Part shown: piece after piece, positions 9,394 through 18,832 of the stretch | Position numbering within the stretch: position 1 is the stretch's first letter | How the letters are laid out: each line of letters opens with the position of its first letter | Assembly (NCBI GenBank): GCA_963843575.1 | Contig: CAWJKZ010000019.1 | Location: forward strand, 416,001-480,000 | DNA from: an uncultured Acidobacteriota bacterium | Lineage (GTDB): Bacteria > Acidobacteriota > UBA6911 | Reading direction: 5' to 3' | DNA: 64,000 nucleotides | Translations under genes and position numbers: made by a program | The notes under the pieces: model-generated | Databases searched by the model: none | The model's input: the letters and a program-made list of their open reading frames with translations, nothing else | What the model was told of the DNA's origin: nothing

Positions 9394-10488
9394 ATGGGCG
9401 AAATCTCCGCACTGGAAAAACACCCGTGCCCCGCCTGCGGCGCCCAGGCGGAGTGGAGCGCCGGTAAGCAGCGGCTCGTGTGCTCGTTCTGCGGCACCGA
9501 AAGCCCGTTCGAGGTCGACCGCAGCACCGGCGTGATCCAGGAAATCGACCTCGTCAAGACCCTGCGCGAGCTCCCCGAGGAGCTGCGCGGCTGGCAGGAG
9601 GAGCGTCGCAGCGTCCAGTGCCGGAGCTGCAAGGCCGTCATGGTGTTCGACCCGAAGCGGGTCGGGCAGAACTGCGAGTTCTGCGGCGCGCCCGCCCTGG
9701 TCGACTACAACGAGGTGAAGGCGCCCATCCGCCCGCAGAGCCTCCTCCCGTTCCGGGTGAGCCAGGCCCAGGTGCGCGAGAGCATCCGGAGCTGGTATGC
9801 GGGGAAGTGGTTCGCCCCCGGCGCACTCAAGCGGCGGGCGCTCGTCGACACCGTCCACGGCGTCTACGTGCCCTACTGGACATTCGACGCGAAGGTCCGC
9901 TGCCCCTGGGAAGCCGAGGCCGGCCACTATTACTACGTGACCGAGGAATTCCGCGATCAGCAGGGACGGACCCAGCTGCGGCAGGTCCAGCGCGTCCGCT
10001 GGGAGGCCGCGGCCGGCGAGATCGAGCACTTTTTCGACGACGAGCCGGTCCCCGGAACCCAGGGAATCGACGCCGGGCTCCTGAAGTCCATCGAGCCGTT
10101 CCCGACCGCGGAACTCGTCCCCTACGACACGGCCTACCTGTCGGGGTTCGTGGTGGAACACTACCAGGTCGTTCTGCTCGACGCGGCCAAGAGGTCGCAG
10201 GATTCCATGCACGGGCAGCTGATGGAGTTGTGCGCGGCACAGGTTCCCGGCGACACCCACCGCAACCTGCGGATCCGCCCGCAGTATTCCGGCCAGACCT
10301 TCAAGCACATCCTGGTCCCCGTGTGGCTCCTGACCTACACCTTCGGGTCGAAGGTCTACCAGGTGCTCGTCAACGGCTACACCGGGAAAATGGCCGGCGC
10401 CTACCCCAAGAGCGTCTGGAAAATCCTTGCGGCCGTCGCCGTGATCCTGATCGCCCTGGCCCTCTTCCTCTTCTGGGGACGGACCTAA
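9394..10488 (+). CDS. Double zinc-ribbon membrane-anchored protein (SPFH partner)
   Basis: CPACGA..CSFCG, CRSCKA..CEFCG, YVPYWTFD, FKHILVPVW, VNG.TG.M.G.YP.S and a C-terminal TM helix. Confidence 0.85.
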   Translation: MGEISALEKHPCPACGAQAEWSAGKQRLVCSFCGTESPFEVDRSTGVIQEIDLVKTLRELPEELRGWQEERRSVQCRSCKAVMVFDPKRVGQNCEFCGAPALVDYNEVKAPIRPQSLLPFRVSQAQVRESIRSWYAGKWFAPGALKRRALVDTVHGVYVPYWTFDAKVRCPWEAEAGHYYYVTEEFRDQQGRTQLRQVQRVRWEAAAGEIEHFFDDEPVPGTQGIDAGLLKSIEPFPTAELVPYDTAYLSGFVVEHYQVVLLDAAKRSQDSMHGQLMELCAAQVPGDTHRNLRIRPQYSGQTFKHILVPVWLLTYTFGSKVYQVLVNGYTGKMAGAYPKSVWKILAAVAVILIALALFLFWGRT

Positions 10489-10573
10489 TTCCTATTAGTA
10501 ATTTGCGGGAGTTTTCGCCTCAAAATGGCGCCTTATTTTGCGTTTTGAGGGCCGTTTTTTGAGATTAAGGCCG
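10475..10573 (+). repeat. ~105-bp GGGGACGGACC/CTTATTT element, copy 3
   Basis: GGGGACGGACCTAA supplies the last codons and stop of the zinc-ribbon gene, followed by GCCTTATTTTGCGTTTTGAGGGCCGTTTTTTGAGATTAAGGCCG. Confidence 0.8.
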
Positions 10574-10614
10574 ATTACCACCTCACCTCGAAGCCTCGAA
10601 GGACTCGAAGGGTC

Positions 10615-13600
10615 TCAAAGATTTAAAATGCTCAGCAGGGCGGCGGGGGTGTCGTTGTCGAGGACTGCCTCTACCGAGAGGGCGACCCCGAAATCGCGTT
10701 CGATGCGCGTGATCAATCGGATGGCGGAGACGGAATCCCCACCCAACTCAAAGAAGCTCTCGTCCATGCCGACGCCGGGGGCCTCGAGCACCTCCTGGAA
10801 CAGCGCCGTTATGCGCGTTTCCAGGGGAGTGCGGGGGGCCCTTGCCTGGCGCCGCTCTTGCCGGACCGGGTAGGCGGCCAGCGCCGGACGATCGATCTTG
10901 CCGTTGGGGTTAAGTGGCAACGACGCGAGCCGAACGACGCTCCCGGGGATCATGTAGTCGGGTAGGGTCCTGCGCAGCGCGGGTTTGGGATCAGCGTCCT
11001 CGTGCCCGGGTTGGGGCACCCAGAACGCGACAACATCCCTGCCGCGCCCGCCGCTTTGCAGCACGACGGCGCCGTGCCTGACCCCCGGAACGGACAGTAA
11101 CGCCGCTTCTATCTCGCCCAGTTCGACGCGGTAGCCGTGGATCGTCACCTGGCTGTCGGCCCGCCCGAGGCAGACGAGGTTGCCGTTCGGCAGAAAAAAG
11201 CCGCGATCGCCGGTGCGGTACAGGCGGGCGCCGGACTGGCCGAACGGGTCGGGCACAAATCTATCGGCGGTCAGTTCGGTGCGGTTGACGTAGCCGTCGG
11301 CTAGGCACGGGCCGCCGACCACGATCTCGCCGGTCATCCCGATCGGGACCAGGCGCAGGCTGTCGTCCACGATATAGATGACCGCGTTGCTGGCCGGCCG
11401 TCCGATAGGAACGTGCGGCGTGGGCGCCAGGCCGGCCGGGATGTCGTAGAAGCTGACTATCGAAGACGTCTCGGTGCAGCCGTAAACATTGATCAGCCGT
11501 TCGGGTTTGCCCCGCTGCAGCACGCGGGATACCGCATCGGGGTCGGCCTTCTCGCCCCCGAAGCACACGCAACGGACGCCGCCGAACATGTCGGGGCACT
11601 CCTGCGCGGCCAGGTTGAACAGCGAGGTGGTCAGAAACGCGAGGCTCACCCCGTACCTTTCGTACGCCCTCCTGCACTCGAGCGGTCGCACGGCGGTCTC
11701 CTGGGGCAGGATGGCGAGGGTGGCGCCGGAGGCGAGCGCGATCCACACTTCGAAGATGGCGATGGCGAACCCGATGTTGGAAAAGTGGGAGACAACGTCC
11801 TCCGCGGAAGGTGCCAGGAAGTTGGCGTTGGAGGCCAGCCGCAGGATGCTGCGGTGGGGCAGAAGCACGCCTTTCGGCTTGCCGCTCGACCCCGACGTGT
11901 AGAGGATCAGCGCCGGGTCGTCCAGCGAGACCTCGCGGGCAGGGTTCTTCTCCTGTGTGCCGGCCGATGCCGTCCAATCGCCCACCAGGAGGGTCGACGA
12001 GCGTGTCCGCGGCAGTTTGTCCAGCCACTCCCTTTCGGTGAGGACAAACTCGGCGCCACTGTCCTCGAGCATGAACGCGATCCGCTCGGCCGGATAATCG
12101 GCCGGGATCGGGACATAGACGCCTCCGGTCTTGAGCACGCCCAGGACCGCCCGGAGATAAGCCGGGGAGTGTTTCAAGAGGAGCGCAATGCGGCTTCCGC
12201 GGCCGGCGCCGGCCGACCCGAGGCGACGGGCCAGCCCGTTGGCCTGCTCGTTCAGCGCCGAGTAGCTGATGCGCTCATTTGCCCAGAGTATGGCGGGGTG
12301 CTCGGGCTGCCTCGCGGCATGCCGTTCGAAAAGGAGATCGACGGAGGCGGCGGGGAGCGGGGCACCCGTGTCGTTCCACCGGTTGAGGATGAGATCGGCT
12401 TCGGCGGCCGTTATCGAGCGTTGCCGTTCTTCCACGGGCCGACGGCTTCCCGCCGCGCCTTGGGAGAGCGCCCTGCGGTCCACCTTGTTGCTGGGGGTGA
12501 GCGGGAACGAAGGCAATTCCTCGTACCACGAAGGGATTGCGTGCGTCGGCAGCCTGGCGGCGAGAAAACCACGGAGTTCCGAAGCGGAAAGGGGCTGATC
12601 CCCGGCAACGAGACAGGCGGTCAGGGTGGGCGATCCGCCGGCCCCTGGCCGGGCCACGACGACTGCGTCGCGCACCCCGGGGTGCTGTTTTAACGCCGCC
12701 TCGACTTCCCCCGGCTCGATGCGGAAGCCGCGTATCTTCAGCTGCAGATCGGCCCTCCCGAGGAACTCCACCTGCCCATCGGCCCGGCAGCGCCCCAGGT
12801 CTCCCGACCGATACATCCGCTGCCCAGGGTTGAAAGGGTCCGCATAAAAGCGTTCGGCAGTCAGCTGCGGCTCGTTGAGGTAGCCGCGGGCTACGCCGAC
12901 GCCCGATAGGCATATTTCGCCGATCGCGCCGGGTGCGACGGCGGCGCCGTCCTCGTCGAGGATGTAGGAGCGGGTGTTATCAACGGGCCGGCCAATTGGG
13001 ATGGGTCCGTCCGTATCCTCAACCAGGCACCCGTGCGAATAGATGCTTGCTTCGGTGGGGCCATACCAGTTCCAGAGGCGGCGGCAGCGCCGCTGCAGTG
13101 CCGAAGCCAGCGCGGGCGACAACACGTCGCCGCCGCTGATGATCTGGAGCTCAGCGTCGCCCTGCCAGCCGGCGTCCACCAGCATGCTCCAGGTTGCGGG
13201 AGTTGCCTGAATGACGGTAGGCCGGGCGGCTGCGAAAGTATCGCCCAGCCGCCGGGGATCGCGGGCGCTCCTCGAGTCGACGATCACGACCCGCCCGCCG
13301 TAACACAGGGGGAGCAGGAGTTCCAGGGTAGCGATGTCGAACGACAGCGTGGAGAGGGCCGGCATCACGTCCCGGCTGGAAAACCCGAGCGTTCGGCCGG
13401 CCCAGGCCAGGACGTTGGAGACCCCTGCGCGCGTGACCTCCACCCCCTTCGGGTTGCCCGTGGAGCCGGACGTGTAGAGTAGGTACATCAGGGAATCCGG
13501 GTCCGCCGCGGACCCGCAAGGCTCGGCGCTTTGTTCTTCCAGCGCCAGAGACTCGAACGTGAACACCCGCGCGTTTCCGGCCGGTATCGCTTCGACGAGC

Positions 13601-13950
13601 GACTCCTGGGTCAGGAGGAATTGCGCCGCGGAATCGCGCAGCATGAACCGCAGCCGCTCGGCCGGATAGCCGGTGTTGAGCGGCAGGTACGCACCCCCGG
13701 CCTTGAGGATGCCTATCATGCTGATCAACATGGGCAACCCGCGCTCCATGCAGATCGCGACGAACCGATCGGGCCCCACCCCCTGCTTTTGCAGAAACCG
13801 CGCCAGCCGGTTCGAACAAGCCTCCAGCTCCCCATAGCTGATGGACTCCCCCCCGCACACCGCCGCAACACTGGGGACGGACCAGGGCAACTGGTGATCA
13901 ATCAGCAAGTTATGGAATTTATTGCCCGAAAAAGGGGCCTTATTTCGCAT
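10615..13950 (-). CDS. Stand-alone NRPS-like protein, A-A-T architecture
   Basis: Two adenylation domains (YTSGSTGNPKG / YTSGSSGKPKG, YRSGD / YRTGD, NKVDR / NGKIDR) and one carrier domain (FFELGGDS). No C or TE domain. Confidence 0.9.
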   Translation of the reverse strand: MRNKAPFSGNKFHNLLIDHQLPWSVPSVAAVCGGESISYGELEACSNRLARFLQKQGVGPDRFVAICMERGLPMLISMIGILKAGGAYLPLNTGYPAERLRFMLRDSAAQFLLTQESLVEAIPAGNARVFTFESLALEEQSAEPCGSAADPDSLMYLLYTSGSTGNPKGVEVTRAGVSNVLAWAGRTLGFSSRDVMPALSTLSFDIATLELLLPLCYGGRVVIVDSRSARDPRRLGDTFAAARPTVIQATPATWSMLVDAGWQGDAELQIISGGDVLSPALASALQRRCRRLWNWYGPTEASIYSHGCLVEDTDGPIPIGRPVDNTRSYILDEDGAAVAPGAIGEICLSGVGVARGYLNEPQLTAERFYADPFNPGQRMYRSGDLGRCRADGQVEFLGRADLQLKIRGFRIEPGEVEAALKQHPGVRDAVVVARPGAGGSPTLTACLVAGDQPLSASELRGFLAARLPTHAIPSWYEELPSFPLTPSNKVDRRALSQGAAGSRRPVEERQRSITAAEADLILNRWNDTGAPLPAASVDLLFERHAARQPEHPAILWANERISYSALNEQANGLARRLGSAGAGRGSRIALLLKHSPAYLRAVLGVLKTGGVYVPIPADYPAERIAFMLEDSGAEFVLTEREWLDKLPRTRSSTLLVGDWTASAGTQEKNPAREVSLDDPALILYTSGSSGKPKGVLLPHRSILRLASNANFLAPSAEDVVSHFSNIGFAIAIFEVWIALASGATLAILPQETAVRPLECRRAYERYGVSLAFLTTSLFNLAAQECPDMFGGVRCVCFGGEKADPDAVSRVLQRGKPERLINVYGCTETSSIVSFYDIPAGLAPTPHVPIGRPASNAVIYIVDDSLRLVPIGMTGEIVVGGPCLADGYVNRTELTADRFVPDPFGQSGARLYRTGDRGFFLPNGNLVCLGRADSQVTIHGYRVELGEIEAALLSVPGVRHGAVVLQSGGRGRDVVAFWVPQPGHEDADPKPALRRTLPDYMIPGSVVRLASLPLNPNGKIDRPALAAYPVRQERRQARAPRTPLETRITALFQEVLEAPGVGMDESFFELGGDSVSAIRLITRIERDFGVALSVEAVLDNDTPAALLSILNL

Positions 13951-13980
13951 TTTTGCTGCCGTTTTTCTCGACTAAGCACC
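13873..13980 (+). repeat. ~105-bp GGGGACGGACC/CTTATTT element, copy 4
   Basis: GGGGACGGACC..AATCAGCAAGTTA..GGGGCCTTATTTCGCATTTTTGCTGCCGTTTTTCTCGACTAAGC. Overlaps the first 26 codons of the NRPS ORF. Confidence 0.8.
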
Positions 13981-14107
13981 GATTTGCCGGGAATGGCTTG
14001 CCCGACCGGCTGGAGTTGGCAAGTTGCCCGCATATTGCTTCCGCAGGGTTCTTATCGCAGGCCACCCGCGCGCGCTTCAGGCTTTTGTGACAACCCGCGC
14101 AGCACCG

Positions 14108-14215
14108 TACAAGAACAAGGGCAGAACGCGGATTTCCGCGGATTTGACGGGTTCACGAGGCCTGTCACCAATGCCTTTGTTCTTGATCTGCGTGTATCTG
14201 CGTCAATCAGCGTCC
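14108..14215. repeat. ~9-nt periodic CGCGGAT/ATCCGCG element
   Basis: ACAAGAACAA..CGCGGATTTGACGG..CCAATGCC.TTGTTCTTGATCTGCGT is shared with 15386-15550 and 41390-41478. Confidence 0.7.
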
Positions 14216-15274
14216 GAAGGATCTCGAAGTGCCCCGTGGGAGCGGGTGTGCGCGTGACGAGCGAGCTCGAGATCCCCGGGCAGGGCGGCGAGCTTGCGGC
14301 CGGTCAACTCGAGATACACTTTTTCCACCTGGCCGCCGAGCGTATCCCACCCGGCGCCGCGCTCGCCCACGAAACGCGCAATCTGCGCGTTGCCCTTCAG
14401 GTTCGCCCGGATCGCCTCGACCTGCCCGCGGGCTTCGGCCGGCGCTTTCTTCGCCATCAGCGAGCCCACCTGTTCGCGAAGCGCCTTGAAGAACGCCTGC
14501 TGATCGTCGATGACGCCGCTGGCCGCCCTCGCCCCGTGTCCCGGGCAGACGATCTTCGCCCGAAGTTTCTTCGCCTCGTCGAGCGTCCCGATCCACTGTC
14601 CGACGTCGCCGTCGCCCACGTAGTTGAACGGCCCGTTGACGCAGACGTCGCCGGCGAAGAGGATCCCCTCGTTCGGCAGCCACGCAACCGCGTCCCCGTG
14701 GGTGTGCGCCACCCCGAGGTGAATCAGCTCGACCCGGTGCTTCCCGTCGTCGAAGTAGAGTTCCTTCGGAAACAGTACGGACGGCGGTTTGAGCCTGGTC
14801 CCGCTGAGGTCCTTGCGTTGCTTCGCGGCCGACTCCCAGGATCCGGGCTGCTTGCCGTAATAGCCGGTCTCATACTTCTTCATCTCGGCGATCACGCCGG
14901 TGTGGGCCACGGGAACGGCCCCGTTTTCGACGAACACCTGGTTGCCGTACGCGTGATCGCCGTGGTGATGGGTGTCGAACGCGAAGCGGACCGGCTTGGG
15001 CGTTATCGCCCGTATCTTGCCGATGATCTCCCTGGCCCCCGCCGGGAAATTGGCGTCGATCACAAGGACGTAGTCCTCCATCACCACCCACCCGTTGTTG
15101 CACACCGCGTCGGCCGTGTCCGACAGGTCGCCCTGATGGAAGTAGACGTCCGCCGCGACCGGGTCGGGTTTGCGGCTGGACGCCTGCGGCGCTCGCCAGC
15201 AACTCCGCCTCCGCCGCCGCGCTGAGAACCCCGGCGCTGCCGATCAGAAACCCCCTCCTGCTCACGTCGCACAT
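14203..15274 (-). CDS. Tat-exported MBL-fold metallo-hydrolase (cyclase-like); frameshift near 15150-15190
   Basis: SRRGFL Tat motif, THHHGDH, AHTHGD, FAGD and PGHG. Confidence 0.85.
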
Positions 15275-15385
15275 GGTTAGTCCCTCCCTGGGTAAGTATA
15301 CGCTGTGGAGATGCGGCGGCTCGATGCCGCCAGCGTTCGATATTGGGCGGTATGCAGGGCGATGTGGCGCCGCACTTCCATATCG

Positions 15386-15550
15386 CTTGACCGGCCAGGA
15401 GAGACAAGAACAAAAGCGGAACACGGATCTTCGCGGATTTGACGGATTGACGCGGATCGGACGCGGCCAGTCACCAAGTGTGATTCCGTGATCTTCCGTG
15501 GGCATCCGAGGCCAATGCCGTTGTTCTTGATCTGCGTCAATCCGCGTCCG
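15386..15550. repeat. ~9-nt periodic CACGGAT/CGCGGAT element
   Basis: 15386-15458 is almost the exact reverse complement of 41406-41478. Confidence 0.8.
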
Positions 15551-15651
15551 AAAAAACACGTCAACATATTTATGAAACTGGCCACTAAGTTGGTTTCCGT
15601 GGCGGACAGGCAACGTGAGATGGCACAATGGCAGGCTGAGGAGGTTGCGCG

Positions 15652-16197
15652 ATGACCGACGTGGGGTTGCTCTTGCGGGCGTTGAAATTCTCTGCCGAGA
15701 AACACAGGGACCAACGCAGGAAGGGCGGGGACGCTTCCCCCTACATCAATCACCTGATTGAGGTGGCGCACCTGGTGGCCAACGTCGGCGGCGACACCGA
15801 TCCGCCGGTGCTGGTCGCCGCAGTTCTACACGACACGGTCGAAGATACCCAGACCCTCCCTGCCGACATCGAGCAGGAGTTCGGCCCGCAGGTGCGCCGC
15901 TTCGTGGAGGAGTTGACCGACAACAAGAGCCTCCCCAAAGCGGAACGCAAACGGATCCAGGTCGAACACGCCCCCTCGCTGTCGCCCCAGGCCAAAAAGA
16001 TTAAGATCGCCGACAAGATCTCCAACATCCGCGACGCCACCGACCACCCTCCGGAGAAATGGACGCTCGTGCGGAGGCGGGAGTATCTCGAGTGGGCGAA
16101 CGAAGTCGTCGCGGGATGTCGCGGGAGCAGTCCGGCCCTCGAGGCCCACTTCGATCAGGTCCTCCGGGAGTGCCGCGCGAAGCTGGGGAGCGACTGA
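15652..16197 (+). CDS. HD-domain small alarmone hydrolase (Mesh1/SpoT-HD-like)
   Basis: KH.DQRRK...PYINH.IEVA, AAVLHDTVEDT, V.ELTD.KSLPK.ERK, KIADKISN.RD. Confidence 0.9.
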   Translation: MTDVGLLLRALKFSAEKHRDQRRKGGDASPYINHLIEVAHLVANVGGDTDPPVLVAAVLHDTVEDTQTLPADIEQEFGPQVRRFVEELTDNKSLPKAERKRIQVEHAPSLSPQAKKIKIADKISNIRDATDHPPEKWTLVRRREYLEWANEVVAGCRGSSPALEAHFDQVLRECRAKLGSD

Positions 16198-16224
16198 CGC
16201 CTCGTCCGTTCGGAGCCGTCGGCG

Positions 16225-16670
16225 CTAGAGACGGGAGACGATCAGTTTGCCCAGGTCGGTGAGCTGGCCGATGGTCAGGTACACCTTGTTCTTGACGAAG
16301 TCCGCGAACGAAGTGAGGACGACGCAGTGCGCCCCTTTCCTGACCGCGAGCAGGTTGGCGGGCATGCCGGGCATCACCGCACCCTGGACCGCCTCGTCGC
16401 CGACGCCGCCGACGGCACGGCATACTTGCTCTTGAAGCCGGCGTAGGTCTTCGCGTCCGTGAACTGGATCATCAGGATCAGTTCGCCCGAGGCATCGGCG
16501 AAATTGAGATCGCCGCCGGCCCCGGCAACGGACCCGGCGGGAATAAGTTTGACCCCCTTCATCCCGGTGACCTTTTCGATGTCGGCTCCCGTGAGGTATT
16601 TTTCGCGGGAACCCTGCGCAAACGCACCAAGAGCCAGCCCGAGACTCAAACACAACGCAATTCTCTTCAT
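16225..16670 (-). CDS. Secreted hypothetical protein; frameshift near 16420
   Basis: Signal peptide MKRIALCLSLG. The reading continues as AVGGVGDEA.. in the adjacent frame. Confidence 0.65.
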
Positions 16671-16705
16671 TGCCGAGACCTCTCTGAAATGTCCTCGCCC
16701 CAAAC

Positions 16706-18678
16706 TCACTTCGAGATTCTTAGAGAAGCCTTAGAGGTGCGTTCCACCTCTAAGCGGAAATATCCGTCTTCAGGCGCAGCGGCGGCTTGCCCGAACCGGC
16801 CAGCTTCACGTTCGGCTCGCGTTCGATCACGGCGAGCAGCTCGCGCGTCACGCGGTCGTCGATCTCGGACGAGTGCATCAGGTCCACCGGGTAGCGGATG
16901 AGCGACCTCGAGGCCGGCGGGATCCAGCTGCAGACGGCTCGTCGGCCGCAACGCCCCGGGGGGTGCGGTCGACAGGGTCCTTTCCATGTGGCGGTACTGT
17001 TTTTCCATCTCGTCCCGGTAGCCCGAAAAAATTTCTTCCACGACGCCGCGCAGCCGCTCCTCCGCAGCCCGGTAGTCGCTGTCCGGGGACACCGTCAGGG
17101 AAACCTCGTGCCACACGAAGCTCGTGCCGGGGATCTGTTTGAAAAAGCCCGCATTGGATTGGAACACGATGGAATTCGAGAAACCGACGACTCGTGCCGC
17201 TCGCCGTTTTCTCCCCGCCCCTGACCAGTTCCAGCAGGTGAAACCGCACCAGCCCGATCTCCACCACTTCGCCGGTGATTCCCGCCACCTGCACCCGGTC
17301 GCCCACCCGGATGCCGTACTTGCCGATCAGGAAGAAGTACGCCACGATCGAAACGATGACATTCTGCAGCGCCACGGCGACACCCGCCGTGATGAGCCCG
17401 GCAAACGTGGCGATCGAACTGAGCTCGGTGGCGAACGAAACGACGAGCAGGACGGCGATGACGCACCAGAAGACGATCTTCCGCAGCAGCAGGTACTGAT
17501 ACCTGCGCCGGGCGTCGCGCACGTAACGGAATATCGTGCGCCGCCACAGCTCCGCCCCGCCGATTATGACGGCCAGCAGCAGCCCGAGCACCACCACCCT
17601 GACGACGAGAGTCCTCAATTCCGACGTGTACCGGGTTCTGAGCGTGCCTGCCAGTTCGCGATGTTCCGCTTGTACAGCTCGAGCAGGAGCCCCTGCTTGC
17701 TCAGCGGCAATACGGACGCCGAGGTGCGCTTGAACTGCGAGGTCAGGGCGTCCAGCATCGCCTTCTGCTGGACGAGCACGACCTGGTCCGTGGTGTCGGC
17801 CTGGCCGGCCAGCTCGTCGCCGCGTTTCGACAGCTCTCTCAGGGTGCTGACGAGCGGGGAGCGCAGCTCCCTGGACTGCTGGCTGACGGAGTCGGTCAAC
17901 TGCAACGCGGCGTCGAGCGTGCCGATGCGCCCGGACAGGGCGACGACGTCCCAGGTCAGTGACCAGAGGCCGGAGGGCGCGCCCTTCGGCCCGCCCGAGG
18001 CCAAGCCCGCATACGCCTGTTCGTTGGCGGCGGCGCCCTCCTGCTTGGCCGCCGGCTGTCCCGTGGCCGCGGGGACCGACCTCGCCAGGGCCTCGATCTT
18101 CTCGCGGATCCCGGTGGCGCCCAGCCCGTTGGCGCTCGAACCGCCGACGAAACTCGGTCATGCTGCGGAGCGAGTCCCGTGCGCACCTGCGCGAGCTCGA
18201 GCTGGCTGCGCGTTTCGGCCATCCGGGTCTGGAGCGATTCGCGCTCCCGGCCCGCCGCGCCCGAGAGCTGCTGCCGGAGCGCTTCCAGTTCCGCCTGGTT
18301 TGACCGCACCTGCTGGTCCAGGCGGGCCAGCATCTGGCGCAGCGCCTGGTAGCGCGACGAGCCGGCCTCGCCCCGGGCCGCGGCCTCTTCTTTTTCGATC
18401 GTCTCCGCCTGCGCCCTGGCAAACTCGAAGGCGAGCGACACGGCCTGGTTCGCAATCTGCTGGTTGTCGGCGACGACCATGCCCTCGTCGGCATCGGTTA
18501 CCAGCTGCCGCTGCAGGTCCAGGTGCCGGTACCAGCCGATCGTTGCACTGAGGTACCTGAGCAGGACGGCCGGGTCCAGCTCGGTGCTCGAGGCGGCCTG
18601 CGGCAGTGAAACCCGCGCCCCGGACGCCACCAACGTCAACACCAGTGCCAATGCGCCGCCCAAACGAATCGATCTCAT
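16706..18678 (-). CDS. MscS-family mechanosensitive channel with long periplasmic coiled coil; several frameshifts, 3' end uncertain
   Basis: TFAGLITAGVAVALQNVI.S, YGIRVGDRVQV.G.TGEVVEIGLVR. Pieces are distributed over several frames. Confidence 0.8.
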
Positions 18679-18832
18679 CCGCGAACCCCGGTTCGATTGC
18701 TCCATGCCTGCAATCTAGACGATACACCGGCGCGAGCATAAGTGGATAGGCATCGTGTGACTGTTTCTCATCCCGGCGGATTTGTGCAACACTGGACGGC
18801 GGGTCTGTACCCGGGGATGAAGGAGGAACGCG

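Noticed and set aside
9961-9975. GGGACGGACC inside the zinc-ribbon gene as an eighth element copy
   Set aside because: No AT-rich body or CTTATTT inverted repeat follows, so it is a chance coding match (QGRTQ).
15652-16197. HD protein as antitoxin of a toxic alarmone synthetase module
   Set aside because: No synthetase or toxin gene is adjacent, so it looks like an ordinary stand-alone hydrolase.
16225-18678. MscS and neighbouring gene as pseudogenes
   Set aside because: Same scattered indel pattern. The protein motifs are intact across frames.
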